NCBI GenBank assembly: GCA_036172245.1
Contig: JAYWIR010000001.1
Span: forward strand, 2,232,001 to 2,296,000
Direction: 5' to 3'
Origin: Raillietiella orientalis
Taxonomy: Eukaryota
Length of the DNA stretch: 64,000 nt
In this document: positions 25,200 through 39,700 of the stretch, in pieces
Numbering within the stretch: position 1 is the stretch's first letter
How the letters are laid out: each line of letters begins with the position of its first letter
Position numbers and translations under genes: made by a program
The notes under the pieces: model-generated
What the model saw: only the letters and a program-made list of their open reading frames with translations
Databases searched by the model: none
Told to the model about the DNA's origin: nothing

Positions 25200-25880
25200 T
25201 CCTCGGAGACGCTGCTTCTCGTAAGCAGCTCTCCGGTGAGGCCTGCGCGGGATGAGTGGAGAAAGGGGTAATCAAAAGCACACAAAAAAACACAAAAGTT
25301 TAGTTCAACAAAATGTAGGAGGAAAGGGAAGGGAGCTTAGATTTCTTTCTGGAGGCGCCCTCAGTATTCTTTGTAGGATGTTTGCAACTTCCTCCTCCTT
25401 TTGTTTGCAGAGATGTGGCCATCTTGCCGCCTTCCTCATGAAGGAGCAAACGATTGTGATGACCTCATCATTCGATTGACCTCTTTTGGCGCGGCTTCTC
25501 GCCACCACAATCCTACGAAGGCAGCATTGGACTGCAGGGAAAGATGGAGGCGACATCGAGTCGCGCTCGAATAGACGCCTCAAGACCTCTCTGCCGTTAT
25601 CCATCGGGAGAGGAAGGGATGCAGCAAAGCGTTCCCGGACACTCAGGAGAGAAACACGATCCAGCAACGGGTTCAGGAAAATTTCCTGTTCCCCGCACCT
25701 GGCACAGTCTGGGCTGCACCGCCTCTTGACCAGCGGTGGACTCGTGCGTTGCATGGGATCGCCCAGTGCAACAACTTCAATGCCGAGTCTTGCCACTTCA
25801 GGGGAGGCGTGGAGCTATCTACAAACACTGGGGATATTTCCGCCTCTTTAGGAGGAATGCCCTGGAGTTCCATTTAGCGA
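25200..25880 (-). mobile_element. L1/Tx1-like LINE 3' end (same family)
   Basis: SPDCARCGEQE..LLD..., CCLRRIV, MRKAARWPHL in ORF 25305..25796. Confidence 0.75.
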
Positions 25881-28399
25881 AAAAAACTCCTTTGAGGGGG
25901 GTGGCGTAGTGCATGCGTCAGACAGTTGACGCGCTGTCCATCATCCCAGCTACTTCTTTTTCCCCGAGACCTAGCAGGATACTTTCTATCTTGCGGGCGC
26001 TGTTTCCACTTTATCGCATGGTATCCAGAATGACCGCAAGTGGGGTGTTCCGTGTCTGTTTATTTTACTGATTTCCAAAGGAAGCAAGACTCTCTCAAAA
26101 TTCCTCCTGTGAAATGCATGAACGGCGAACTACAAGCTTAAGGAGGAAGACAACTTTGTGATGAAAAGTTCCTTTCATTCCAGTTTTTCTGGGCGGCGAG
26201 TCATTTCTTTGCGTTTGCCAGCCTACTGTACAAGGTGGCTGGAAATCTCCTCGTGTTTCAGAATCGTATCCGAGGAAAGCATCCTTCTTTCTCTCCTGAA
26301 TTGCACCATCTTTTCTGAACCGATCTCGTGCACCGCATGCCATCTTCATCGTGCTAGCGAGCTCGCAGTCCATCCTCTTTTTCCATTCCCACTTTATGCC
26401 CAGTACTTTTGCCGGTTGGGACTTTTCCAAACACCCTAATGTACCACAACACAAAGTGACACCACATGATCAAAATTCCTGTGAAGATGAGTGCTGATTT
26501 ATTTAAAAACCTCGAGTAATCGTCAGTATTACCACGGTTTGGTGATCTCTGCAGCAAACAAGGAAGCCATCTTGGGCATCCCTTTGCCCCAGACAGTGAT
26601 CATCTGGGGGCATTAAAGCAAGAAATAATCAATTAACAATCCCTCAGCTCCCAGTCGTCGCGCCGAATTGGAGTTACCAAAGTCACCGGGGTCACCAAAG
26701 TCACTTGAAGTAGAAGTGGGTGGGGACACACCCAGCTGATAGGAATCCGTTTGTTCGGCTACCGGATATGCAGCTTTGTTTCTGGTCCATTCAAGGCTTC
26801 GTATTCTGAAACAGTCGATGGAACACAACTCCGTTGTTGCTTCCTTGAGACGGCAGAATCCCAGCTGGTGAGTGTAGTGCAAACTGCAGGCCGAGTCCCT
26901 GAGAGCTTCATTTCACAGGAATGAGACCGCAAGCACGCAAACTCCTTTCTCGCATCCTTCCGTCCTGACTAAGAGCTGTTCTCAACTTGTTCCCGCTGTG
27001 CCTCGTTCTGTTTTCATCCACGCATCATCACTGACCACCCTCCATTACGATTTTGGGAATCCTTGTGCACTTTTCCGTTTCCATGGCACCGAGAAAACAC
27101 CTGCCTAGAGTTCAGGGATTCTCACTGGCAGATACTGCCTATCAGAAAAGTGCGTCTCATCCCGTCTAAACGATGGGCGAGCGAGAGTTCCAGGGATTTG
27201 AAGTCGTTGACCGATTCGCAAACCAGGATACCTGTTCATGGGTGCGATCTTTTCGACCTCCATCGGGTGCGACGCAGATGCGAATGATTCTGTGGGTGAC
27301 GAAGACATAGAAAGATTTGCGCATTTCCAGCGCGCCCGGCCCAGAGGACGAAACTCGCGTTTTTCCCGCATAGAACCTCTGGAATCCCTCCTCTTCGAAT
27401 TCCGACTTCCTGCTCGTGGACTGAAGTCATGAATTATCGCCTTTCAGCTCTCTCTGTAGGGCAGCAGGAACGTGGATAGCGAGAGAAAGGCCGTCGGATG
27501 CCCAAAACAGTTTTCCGTCCTGGAGTTCACTTCTCTTTCAGCGGATTTAATCATTTCTTGTTTTCTCCTTAATGAAGAGGCTGCTAATTCTTCCCCAGAT
27601 GCGTTCATTCTGTGGAGTAAATTACCATCTAAACGCATTCTATCTATTTCGAGCCCTGGTTAGCAGCTTGCGGACTGAGGTCTGCTCCTTGCAGCGTCGA
27701 TTCTGGAACGCGCATTTTCAGGAAAGGTGTATCCCTTCGGCACCTCGTCTCCGCGTCGAAGAAGAAGACATGAAGCAGTGATGCCATTCCGAGACAGGTG
27801 AAACCTCAGCTCCGATCCGAGGCGGCACAGAGTAGTTCGATTGTCCTCTCAGCCTGAGGGAAAGAGAGAAATGCTCCCGAAAGGTTGTGCTTCCAAAGAT
27901 CCACTGCAGTACCACATGCACGCAGACCTCATTCTTCTCGGCTGATTCACAGTCCATCTGTTGGTTCCATGATTGCAGCACATCGTGGTTTTCAAGCGAG
28001 CGAGTGACTTTTCCATCAAACAGAAGGTATAAGAAAGCAAACGTTTTCTTTTCGAAGATGAGGTCTGCAGCTGAGACCAGAGCAGGCATAAATTTTCATA
28101 ATATTTTAGGACAGGATATCTTGGCATCTGAGGATCACTTTTTTCTTTGGATGTCCGAGTCTCATTTCCAGTTGAGAAGCTCGTTCTTGTTCTCTTTTTC
28201 CCTAAGCTGCTGCTAGAGCGAAACCCTCGTTTCCGGAGGAAACATCTCATGTTCCGGAGATCTTTTCCCCTTCAGTTATGTTGGGGATCAGGAAACTCGA
28301 CTGCGAGGAAACCGAGAAATCTTCCTTTGCGGACCGACATGTGCAAGGAGCGAACAGATTGCGAGCTGCTGCCGCCCAGTGCGGTGTGGCAGAGGAGAG

Positions 28400-29200
28400 C
28401 GCCATCTCTTCAGCGAGTGACGACTGCGCATGCATGTAATCTTCCGTCAAAGACACGGCCGTTCTGCGAACACACAACGTGGCAAGCTACCCCCTTCCTT
28501 CTGTGCCGCCCCGGAGCCTAGTCGTCACGGTCACGTGCTGCATGGCAGTCTTGAAGACGTGTCCTTGCGTATCTTCAGGAAAGTGGAAAATTCCTCTCAC
28601 AATCCTCTGTGATCAAGAAGATCCTTGGTCCTTTTCAGCCCCAGAGAACGCCGTGGGGAATGGTTGCGACAGTCCAGATACCAAGTGCACGGAGACTCGA
28701 GTCTGGAGAGTGAGGGAAACTGCCTCGCGCGAACTGCCAGCAGAAAGCGAGACTTGAGCAATGCGTTTAATGAGGAGAAAGCCGAAGAACGTGCTGCACG
28801 TAGGAAATGGGTCCGAAGTCCCGTGGGCGCACTCCTCCCGAGAGCACCCCGCAGCCGTAGGAGCTTTCAAAAACTCACGTTCCCAGAAAGCGTGGTGAGG
28901 GGTCGAATCTCAAACTGGGAGGCCTGAAACCGTGCTTTAAAATTTGCCACTAGCCAGATGGTGAATCATTTGGTGCGAGTCGTCGTGCCGCCATTTGAGG
29001 GTCTCTGGAAAGCTCTCTATCGGAAGGCACTGAAGGGGGACGCAGCCGCGTTGAAGAAGATCACGCGTGCCGGGTTGTTTCCCGGTGTGGTTGCGGAGCC
29101 GCCTACCGCTTCGAATCGAAATCCGATGCTCGCAGATCTTCCAGGAAGATGGAGGGGAGAGTGTTTTCTACCCCCACTTTTGGGGGGGCAGTCGACGGAC
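28400..29200 (+). mobile_element. L1-like RT/post-RT remnant
   Basis: QRGKLPPSFCAAPEP (QGxPLSPxLF..EP-like), EDVSL (YADD-like) and W..NRAL. Confidence 0.35.
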
Positions 29201-29649
29201 ATGTGGATTGAAGGGATCGCATGCACACATCAGCTTAATGGCATCCGTCAATAGATGAACAGAGCTTGTTTCCAGGGAGTTCCACAGAGGACCTAAGGGG
29301 CAGAGAAAACGAAATTATTTCGAATCAACCAGGGAAAACGTTGTCAAGACGTCACTGTGCTTTCTGGACACTTCAACAGAATGCATGGATTCCCTGTATT
29401 CCCTGTTTCCAGCCAACCGGTTTTTTCGAAAGACTTCCAATGGAATACGAAAGCTGCTCGTTCTTTCAAGGAAAATCTGTCTCGTTGTCCGACTCAAGGC
29501 GAAATAACTTGAAGGATCATTAAGAAAACCAACAAAAGATGTCACTTATTTTCCAAAACAGGAGAAGACGCAACGAATCCATCTTCCGTTGAAGAGCCCA
29601 ACACATCTACTCGCGATCTTTTTTGCATCCAGAATTCTTGGCAAGTCAA

Positions 29650-30200
29650 AGAGTTGATGCCTTAGGGCGAGCAACATCGAATTGACAAATCTTGAAATGC
29701 TTCGAAATGCAGTCCCCGAAGCATCATTTTGAATGAAAATGACATGTTGGTCAAAAGATTTCTAAAAGTAAACTCGAATCAAGCATGCATTTCTGGAGTG
29801 ATTCTATCTCCAGCCTCCATGTTCTCTCACCCCTCATTTCTATCCAGATTCGTCCAATAGGATCCGCAACAGACAAACCAAACGCTGGGCAACTAACCGT
29901 CAAGTCATCTTGCACCTGTCTTCCCACTCATAGTCGGAACTCCCATCATCCGATAGGCAAGAACAAATACGATGTAGCCATCGATAATTTTGGAAATCTG
30001 TTCACAAAAGTTTCCAGATCCCGATCACTCGTTATCCTCCTCCACGATTATATCACTGTCACTCTAACCATTATGCCTTCATTCTTGAAAGTAACTCTTA
30101 GAGTAACTTCCATTCTTATGGAGAGTCTCGTAAAGTCTCGAAAGACTGGTGTCAGCAATCCCGGTTATGAGCAGTTCGGAATAGAGAGATACAGTTTAGC
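29650..30200 (-). mobile_element. LINE ORF1 remnant
   Basis: FLP...V...L..C.AFG...GERT..LEI...CF..C..KH...C pattern, with stops. Confidence 0.35.
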
Positions 30201-32809
30201 GCTATAGAGTTATCATTTGCCTCGGCATCCTTAAGGAAGGGAGGCACTTCGACTATCCCACTGACACATTAAGAGTTGGCATGAAGTACAGCTAACGTCA
30301 TCCGGAGAAGGAGTGGATTTCCCAGACAATAATTTTCCAACTTTGCGGCGAATAGAATGGAAACAGAGACCACTCGGCTTTACCAAGGCGGAGGCAGCAA
30401 TGGAAACAACTGATGTTCGAAGAATGGTCTTAACATTCGAGACATCGGACATACCAGACGCGGGACTTCCCGCTTTACCGGTTCCAGAGAAGGAGAAAAG
30501 TCCAAGTAACGTCCAGCAGTCTGAATAACAAACAGAGCACATTTTCTTATCGTAGCCAAGCACGTTCTACGACTGCTTTCGCGAAACGTTCATTCTTTCC
30601 AGCAGTACAAAGTTTGGCACCTCAGACTAGAGAAAATGACTTTAAGTAGCTGGGAGAAGTGAGAGAGCGGAGTTTATACCGGTCCTAAAAATCCAGCATC
30701 GCTCACAATCGTCGTTTCTATCCATTGCGCGAAGGTCACACACGCAGCACCAGGTTTGACCGAGTGCCCACGCTTTGAAGAACTCCTCGAATCTAATGCT
30801 CTGCGCCTGATGCTTAAGGAGAAGACACGAAACGTTCCCAGGGAGCTCGTTTTCTTTGTGTAACCAACATTTGTAACTTTCAAGAATGGGGGGCATGAAG
30901 AATCCAGGTCGCATTCGTTTACTCAGACGTGACCTCGACAAATGACCTTGCAGACGAATCCCGTCTGAATTTCTGCCATTTAAGGTGATGGCGAAGGGAA
31001 TATACGCCGGAGGCGAAAGACACGTGGCAAGAGAAGTACACGAGATTCCCTACAACGCAGCAGGGATTAAAGGACAACGCGGCAGTTGCGCTTCACACGC
31101 GCGGAATCGAAATTTTTCGTGGACCACCAAATACTCCGCTGCGTGTTTTCCGTCCACCAAACCGGGAAACCAGCGGCAAATTCTGCAAGAATCTTCCACG
31201 GAAGCAGTGGTTACGGTTGTCCAGCGTTACCGGCCACACCATGGAATCTCATTCCGCTTTTCAAATAGCGTGCGATGGCGGCTCGGTCTTCGTCGTCCCG
31301 TTGCTGCTGCACTGCCACTACTGAGGTTTCGATTCGGAACCGTTGCAGTGTCTGTTGGACACCTCTCAGAAACACCCGTTTTGTGTCCGTGGAAACTTCG
31401 TTCTCCTTCATTTTTTTGGCGAGGCAGCTGAGCCACGTTTTTTGCAAGATGTAGGCGCTGATGTCTTGCTGTAGGTGCTGCTGATCGTCTCAGGTTGTTG
31501 TCCGGAAACACACAGAACCGATGAGAAAGAAACATCGGGAGCAATCAAGATTTAGGTTCACTCGAAAAGAACACCAATGACAAATTGAGAAAAATATGGG
31601 AACGGAGCTGATGGCGGTTACCAGCAACCATGGAAGGACAGATTATCGATGGCAGCCTCTGATAGATTGTTCCTCCACAAACTCAGTTCGCGCTATCTGT
31701 GAGGTCACTCGATTCAAATGGGTGCAAGTGAACTCAGTGGTCATCGAGGTGTTTAAAGAGACGGTTGAAAGAGTTGAATAAAGAATGTACCATGAGATGG
31801 AAGACTCTAGAGAAACTGCTGCAGTTTCCAAAAATGAAACCTGCACAGTGCAAGAGAAAGAAAAGCCGCGATCATTTAGCAAGCAAGCGATACATGAGCA
31901 CCTTCTCTGAGGCTGATGAAGTGATCTGATCAGATTTTTGCTTGCCTCTTCCAACAAACTGGGACGGTTTGGACGACTCATTCCGGTTCCCAAGGTTTTC
32001 CATGCAATCGCTTAGCAACCAGGCTACATGATGGTTTTCGAGTCAAACTGACCCTTGTAGGTCTCGAAATTCACTCTTGAATTTGGAGGCGACAGAAGGC
32101 CTTTTTAATCTTTGCTGAGTTCGGATTTCTCGAAGAACGGCAAAGAACGGACCTCAGCTATGCAATCAACCGAATGTCCCACAGACTCGCTCGAACGCTC
32201 ATGTCCAATAGCAAACGGAGAGCCACTTGAAAATCCGAATTTCCTCCATGGTCAGGAAAATGGAAGAGGGGGATTCCGCAAAAAAAAAAAAGGCCCGAAT
32301 GCCCCTTCCAAAAGTGAAAACACACCTTCAATCTCCCTCCAGAGAAGAGAAAGTAGATGGTTATGAAAGGAATAGCATCTCGAAAGCATCTTCTGATTCC
32401 AAACGTGACAGCAATTTCGATGTTACCAGAGCTATCCCATTCGCAAGCAGAATATTCCCGGAAGCAGGAGTGTTCAAGAGTTCCCTTTGCCTTCAGAGAG
32501 AAGAACCCGAGGTTAATCACAAGAAGATGAGTCCCACAAATGGAACCAACCAATCACAAAGACTTCAAGAACAAAAGTGACACTGCGGAAGATACCTTTC
32601 GCTGCCGAGCGCGATGTGCACCCAGCGAGCAAGGGCATCTTCGATACAGAGTGTGGTTCGAATCTTCTCTCACATTTACATCTTTAAGTTCCTCGGGAGA
32701 ATCTGATCCCTCAGCTTGCTGGTTTCAGATAAGCGTCAGAAACAGGTAAACTGCGATATCCAACCTTCATTCGTTTCCCTTCACTGTTCTTGGTTCTTTG
32801 CATGGCTAC

Positions 32810-33720
32810 GGAGCTTTTCACCCGGCTTTGCCGAGAATTTATTTAAAATAATAAAAGAGCAATCTATTTGCCATGTGGTGGAACACTTGGTTCACCACGC
32901 CAGTCCAACTTGCCGATCACCGGTACGGAGGCCGGTGAAGTCTGCTCCAGCAGCGATGGGGGAGGCGAAACTATAAAAAAAAAACAAAATAAAGAAGGAA
33001 AAAACGGGAAGGAAAATTTTTTCGGAAAAAGAGGAAGAAGGGAAAGGGATCCCGTTTCGCTGGTGGACGTCCTCTGTATTCTGTCCAGACTGCTGAAGTG
33101 GTGTTCTTGTGTGGTCCAGGTGGGACCATGTTGGGGCGGTCTTCAAAAAGATCCGTGTTTAGTAGGTGGCGTCTTTGAAATTCTGGCCTCTGGTTGTTGT
33201 TGCGTTCCAGGCTGCCACGATTCTGCGGATATAGCAGATAACTGCTAGGGACGCGGCTGGCGGCAGAGCGGCACACATGAAGAGGCCTTTGCAAATGTCC
33301 CTGGAGCCGCTCACCGGGATTTCCAGGCTCGTCGAGAGACGATCCCAAAGGGATCGAAGGAAGCGGCACAGTCCAGCAGAAGCTGCAGGAAAGCTTCTTT
33401 GCCGCCGCATCTATCACAATTGGCATCCACACTTCCCCGTGTCCAATGATGCAGGCGTGCTTTGCATGGGATTCCCTAATGCAACGCCATCTGTTGCCAC
33501 TTGCATGTTTGCAAAGTACGGCAATCTCTTGAGGCACTACTTGCCCCTGAGGTGTTTCTGGTCTTCGCTACAAATTTCCGTGCAACTGAACGCGCTTTTC
33601 GAACTTGTAAATGTGGGATTTAGGTCTGCTCTGTGTCCCCTTCCTCTTCCAGAAAACTTGGACGGTACACCACAGGCAACTTTGAAACTAGGTTTCGAAA
33701 CGCATTCCGGCAGCTGGCAG
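32810..33720 (-). mobile_element. L1/Tx1-like LINE 3' end (same family)
   Basis: GIPCKARLHHWTRG..ANCDRCG..E..LLLDC, VICYIRRIVAAW, KTAPTWSHL, shared UTR motif, AATAAA (32838-43). Confidence 0.75.
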
Positions 33721-33784
33721 TAGCTTCAGGCTCGGCGGCAGTAACGATGTTTGAAACCGGAACCGAAACTGACTGAACTTACCT

Positions 33785-34200
33785 GAAAACTGCTTCACAC
33801 GTGACCTCAGCAGGCATTCAATGTAGCAGAGGACAAGGTGCAGAGAGATCAAAAATTGCAGTGCCAAAAAGAAAAACCTGGAAATAAAAAGCGTGAAACT
33901 CTAAATGAGCAGCTGAATGTAACAGTATGAAGACTATTATTCAAGGCAGCTTCTTGTAGCTAGCAGTTGTTTTCAGGTCTCTAGAAAGGATGCCAGAAGC
34001 ATTTGGGATGCATGACTATTACGGAAGAAAGCAAGGATAACGGACTTCTTTCCTGCCAGAACTGATTTCCTTCGGCTAACACCACTTTTACAGCCACTTG
34101 CCAGGCGGCAGTCTGCTGCCTGCTTCGTTGATGCTCTTTGCAAGGTGAAGCCAGATTTATTTGGGAGCCTTCAGCACAAAGCAAATGTTGGTTCCTTCTC
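33785..34200 (-). mobile_element. Possible hAT transposase remnant
   Basis: AFFRNSH.., plus a splice-site-bounded piece reading FW....L.TL...L.PA...CE.VF that resembles the hAT dimerisation domain. Frameshifted. Confidence 0.28.
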
Positions 34201-34476
34201 AAGCTCAGTGGCCATCATTCTTTGCATTAAACTTTTAACAGCAAACCGATAAGAAAAACCAATTGCAAAATCAAATAAAGAATAAGCATGTTTCATGGGA
34301 ATCAATAATTGATAGTCAGAAATCCTCAACTTTGCAATATCTGGATGCAAGCGACGAGGATACACAGCTGGAATACCACTTGGAGGACTTATATTGATGC
34401 ACGCAGATCTTCCAGGAAGCTAGAGATCCACTTCCCAGAATCAGAAAAACCCCAAAAAACAAATACGTAGTGATTC

Positions 34477-34494
34477 TGTGTGTGTGTGTGTGTG
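34477..34494. repeat. (TG)9 microsatellite
   Basis: Read directly from the sequence. Confidence 0.9.
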
Positions 34495-36559
34495 GGTGGG
34501 TGTACTGCCGAATCGGAAATGAATCTGTGCGTGCGCATCTGTGGGGGACATCGAGGTATCGAACGGTTTGAAATGAGCAAAACAGTCGCACAGAGATCGT
34601 CAGCACGACCACGTGTTTCCATGCAGGGATCCTTGACGTGATGTATGCTCAGGGAAACATCCTCTGGTACCAGGATGACGACAAGCATCCGTCATCCGGC
34701 GGTGAATTTTTCTTTCTATTAGGAGATGATAGTTTGCAGAAGGCAGAGTGTTGAAAATGAGGGACCTCCCGTCGCGAAGAAACTCGACACGGAGGACTGA
34801 GGCATCTGAATTCATACTTGTTCGGAAAGCCAGATCGACAGCGGTTTCTTCTTGCCCATCAGAAGTTGGCGCCAGCGGAATCCTCGCACGAAATTGGAAT
34901 TTCGATTTTGGTTTTTCCAAAGACTGTGAAGTGAGATTCTTCTTTCCGAGTCATTTGTCGGTCTTTCCGAAAAAGAAACAAACCCTATGAACTGCTTCCA
35001 CGTCTCTCGTATTTAATGCTTTGCTGCTCAACTCGATGAGCATCCAGCTCTCGAGAGATGCGCATTCCAGGTGCAACCTTTCAGCAATATTCTTTTCGTT
35101 GCTCCAACAATTTTCGAGGACTCCTGCCGTCATGCGCGCATTTTTCTGCTGTTCCGTTTGCCCTTACGAGATCCATCGTGAAGAGTGGATCCGGAAGCTG
35201 AGTCCTAGAAGAGCAAAGTGGATCCTCAACAAAAAATGGAACTCGATTGCGCGAGGACGAGAGAGCGTGTGCTTATGCGAAATGACGAGATTGGAAGATG
35301 CAGTTGCTGCGCAACCCATCGCAACATTCTCTGTCGAATTCACACCGGGAGATCTGGAAGAGCGCTAACACGGAAGCCTCTGAAGTTTCCATCAAGCAAC
35401 GAAAGCTTTGAAGTGTGGTCTTCTAGTTGCCACGGCCAACCATCTTCGTTCTCGAAATCGAAAAGAAGCCGCGGACTTCTTGAAGCGAAGAGAATATCCA
35501 TGCAGTCCTTTCAGCCAACGTCGCTGAGGGAAATGCATGAATGAATACTGCCACTTCTGGCATGGTGGGACGGGAACGGACTGCTTCTTCCAGGAATGTT
35601 TTTCAGCAGGCTTTCGGCTGGCGTTTGCGCTCACGATCGGACTGTGGTACGCATCGCGCCGTGGATGATCCGCTCGCGTCCACTCGTCTTGCGTCCGGGG
35701 GCAAACCTTTCGACTCCGCCGTCGTTCCGGAAGAGCGCCTGGAGAGAACTGCACATGTGTGCTGACGCCTGCTGGACCGTCTTCCCAGAAAGACCGCGCA
35801 GCTCCCTTCCTCCCGCATTATTATTCAAAGTCCTCAACAGTCGAAGATTCTCGTCCTCAAATGTCGAAAGCGTGCTTAATGGGGTGTGATTCTGAGGCAT
35901 TTCGCACGAGAGAAATGAGATCATCTCTCGGCTGTACGCCTTCCAAGATAAAGCTGCTCGTTTCCGATTGCGCACGCAAGTCGGGAGCGCTCGTTTCCCG
36001 GAATCTGTGCCAGGGCGGTCAGGAAGGCCGCGCTGGAATTCGATCCCGGAGCGCTCGCTTCTCCTTCGTTCCAAGCGGCCTCCCCGTTGGAGGTCTGCTT
36101 GGTCCATCCTTCGTCTTGGCTTTCGCCAACGTGTGCTCATCCACACAGGGTCATTCGCAAACTCGTATTGCGGCCCAGATCATCTCACCGTAATGATCTG
36201 GGATGCAGGATGGACGTCTACGAAATCATCAAAAGTCACTGGTTTTTTCATGAGTTCATCAGTAGTTCCCGCGTTAGTGATGGATCTTATCTGGCCTGAA
36301 GCAAGCAGTCTTTTTCATGTACGCATCACGTCATGCATCTGTGATGTCAGGACTAGAGTAACGTTTGAGCCTTCTGGCTACATTTTGGAGGTCAAACGCA
36401 TCTATTTCCCTCAAACTAAGAGGTAGCACCGCTTCCCATTCATCCAATTCTGGCAAAGAGGATGGTTATCATTCAGTTATGCCAGGGCAGTCATTACGGA
36501 CAGCATTGGTGTAGTACATTGGTGTGGTAGAATCCTTGGTTCTAACACGTGCAACGAAC

Positions 36560-37210
36560 CTGACGAAGAGCGGTTCTCAGACTGGTGAGGTTCTTTTCGG
36601 CAACGTGGGGTAGGGAAAACAAAAACAAAAAAATAAACAAACAAAACAAAGAGAGGGAAAATTATCCATGGGGAGGGAGGGTAAGACCGAGGAAGGGCTC
36701 GCAGTACGCTGCCAGCCGTCCTCAGCATCCTGTTCACTTGGTGCTAGCAAGTTCCGTCCATGTAGTGCCCAAGTAGGACCATCTCGAGGCGGTCTTGATC
36801 CAATGTGTCCAACGGATGAATGCCATTTCGGTTTCTTTTTCTGCCTCTCCAGGCCGCCACGCTTCCGCGAACACAGAAGAGAACTGCAAGAAATGCGGCT
36901 AGCGGCAGTGCGGCACGCGCGGAGATGCGTCTGAAAAAGTCCCTGGGGCAGCCCACCAGGATACCTAGGATTGTCGCAAGGCGATCTAAAAGAGTCAGAG
37001 GGCGGCACAGTCTAACAGCAGGTGCTGAAGGGTCTCTTTCTTCCCACATCTGTCCTGCTCGGTACCCACCTTCCCCCTGTGTCCAGTGCTGAAGTAGCGC
37101 TTTGCACCGGATCCACCATGCCAACTCGTCCTACTCGAGGAGGAGGGAGTCACTGTTCCTGCACGCTGGGGTCTATTTCACTTCCTCCGGGTGGAGAACT
37201 GGCGGAAATC
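36560..37210 (-). mobile_element. L1/Tx1-like LINE 3' end (same family)
   Basis: WIRCKALLQHWTQG...ETLQHLLLDC...LFCVRGSVAAW followed by a T-rich UTR. Confidence 0.72.
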
Positions 37211-37379
37211 CCTCTAGGTTATTTCCTGTTTCGCTGTTTTCCTTCCAGCTTCTTTTCTTTTCGGGTTTTTCTTTCTATTCCTTTGGTTCGCAAGGTGCTC
37301 AAGAACAGTCATCCATCTGGCGGCTCACAAAGCTCTTTGACGCTGTTGCACGCCGCCCGGGAGTGCGTGTTGGCCGTTC

Positions 37380-38020
37380 CAGTTATAGGGACCACCCCAT
37401 GAGTCCAGAAACGCTTCGGAGGAAGGCTGCAGTTCCTCTCACACTTGGTGAAAATCCCCGAAGGAAACCCTCGCCCTGATCGTCTCCGAAGGGAGCTCCG
37501 AAGAGAACCTCTTTCTTATTCTCTCCGGAGAAAACCTTCGCAGAAGGCCATTCGTCATTTCTTCCCTTAAGAAAACCTGCTCCCTGTTTCTTCCTACTCT
37601 GAAGAGAGTCCCGAAAGGGACGCTTCCAAATTCCCCCGAAAGGAGCAGCTTCGTTTCTTCTCACTCTGGAGAGGTGTCGTCAATCTGCCAGCTTCACAGT
37701 ACGAGATGGACGGCTCCATTCAGACAACGGGGGAGAGGGAACCCCGAAGGGACTCCTTGATTCCTGGAAGGACCCTGGATTGACCTAAACAACGACCAGT
37801 TTCGATTTCTTCCGGTGGCGCCTTCCGAGTGACTGCCGCAGCGAAGTGAAGAGGCGCACTCTGTTCTGGCAATGCCGATGCTGATAAAACTACTCCAGAA
37901 CGTGGTGTCTCCGAAACGCGTGAAAAAACTCTGAACCCTTCCTGCATGGGTGCGGTTTCACAATCCGGGATCTTGGTTGCCATGTACACAAGGACGGATT
38001 CGCTGTGGTGTCGAAAGCAG
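37380..38020 (-). mobile_element. Same SINE family, diverged copy
   Basis: Family box at 37753-75 (CTCCTTGATTCCTGGAAGGACCC) and repeated CCGAAG hairpins that align to 60520-61010. Confidence 0.55.
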
Positions 38021-38599
38021 AAAGAGGGCAAATCAATGATACACGAAGATCAGACGGCCTAAGTCCAGTAAATGCTGCATCTTAAGATGGAAACCCTTTT
38101 TCTTGTTACCTTGGAAACTGCGCTTCGAGTCCCTTTCTCGCCTTCCTCCGAGATACGGAGGCCAGCCGCGTCCGTGCGCTTTCGATCTCGCATGGTGTTC
38201 ATGCGATTTTCCTTCAGAACGCTCGATTAGGGATGAAAGCATGTCACCCCTACAGATGAATTCGTCCGTTCCAATGTGTCCCTGGCGTCTGACTGCAAAC
38301 CTCTGAAATGTGGATCATAGTGGCGAACGCAGTTAGGAGGCTGCGGGTGCTTCCTTCATCGGCAAAGATAGAGCTTTCCTGGACACGCTGATAGGAAACG
38401 TTGCTGAGAGCGAATGCAACGACTCTTCTCGTCTGGGGAAGGGACTGCTGTACTCCTTTAACCCGGAGCTTGCACGAAACTCTTCTTGTCACAAGAAGGC
38501 CAGCAAGCCGTTCGTGCATCACGCGCGACAGGCTGAGGGCGAAACTTGGAGGACTGTTCCGTCGGATAGAAGCTTTCGGTTGAACCGGACGATCTGGTG

Positions 38600-39700
38600 G
38601 TTCAGGTATTCCTCGACTAACTGAACTCCCAAAAATCCATTCGATCACACGTTCACAGCGGGAACAGCAGCTTCCACGGAGCCATCTAGGGATGGGTACC
38701 TGTTGTTTCCGCGCGTCCTTGAGACTGGAAATGAGTGGGAAGCAGCTGTGATGGGCTGTTCGATCCCGCAGAACCGAGAAGTTAAGAATCGCTTGAATTC
38801 CAATCTTTTCTTCTTCTCCGCTTAGTCCGAGATCATCTTCCACTCTCCTCAGATGTCCCTCAGCTCGACACTTGTAGTTCGGGGATTTTGAGGAACACGA
38901 TAAACAAGGACCCAAGGGTCCGCGATGAGCAACCTATTTGTCTTGGAGACATAAAACTGCTTTCTTGGTTTTCCTTCGATCGGAATCCGATCATCGGCAC
39001 TACAAGACAAAAATGCGAGCGTTCTGTCCTCAGGATGAGCCACACTTGCAAGATCCCTGCGCATCGACCCAGGAATCGACCAGAGTTCCACCGACTCGAA
39101 TCCTCGTTCCAACCACTCGTTCCTCGAAATTCAAATTTCGAGGTTTCTCTAGGAGATGAAACGGAAAAAACAGCTGACTGGTCAAGGCAGATGAAAGGAT
39201 TTATCTGATCACATTTAAAAGGCGATGCTCTCTGAAGACAAAATCTCGGCTGATTTTGTCAAGGTGAAAGTGCCCTGGTAAAATGGTGAGGGTCAGCAAG
39301 CACAGGGTGGTGGCTTCCGATTCACCAGTCCGGCATGGGACCTTTTTTGATGAAAGGAAAGCGGAACCGGGACCGGCAGCAGTGGATGTTCTCGGGATGT
39401 GCAGAGCGGATGACGGTCTTTTGGTTAAGCCAGTAATCAGTTCAGACGCCCGTCGGGGCTCCGCGGGGCACATAAGAGGAATGGACAGCTCCCCCTCTCA
39501 ACGTCCTCTTCCTGAACTTCCTACTGAGCGTTTCATTGCCTTCGGATGTTCCGACGATGCGCAGAGAGGTCTCAACTTTATCCGTCAGCAGTGCATCGGC
39601 CGTCTCCAAGAAAACCCGGAACAAAACCCAGTGAGGTCGCCCTGCGTCCTGCTCAAAACCTGTAGAGTATCTTTGCTTCGGGAGCGAAACCCAGGATACA
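38600..39700 (-). mobile_element. LINE ORF1 remnants plus a C-terminal knuckle fragment
   Basis: VELWSIPG...LLIADPWVLV..PQ.PNYKCRAEGHLRR knuckle, and PIPRWL..CCSRCERVIEWIFG. Confidence 0.45.
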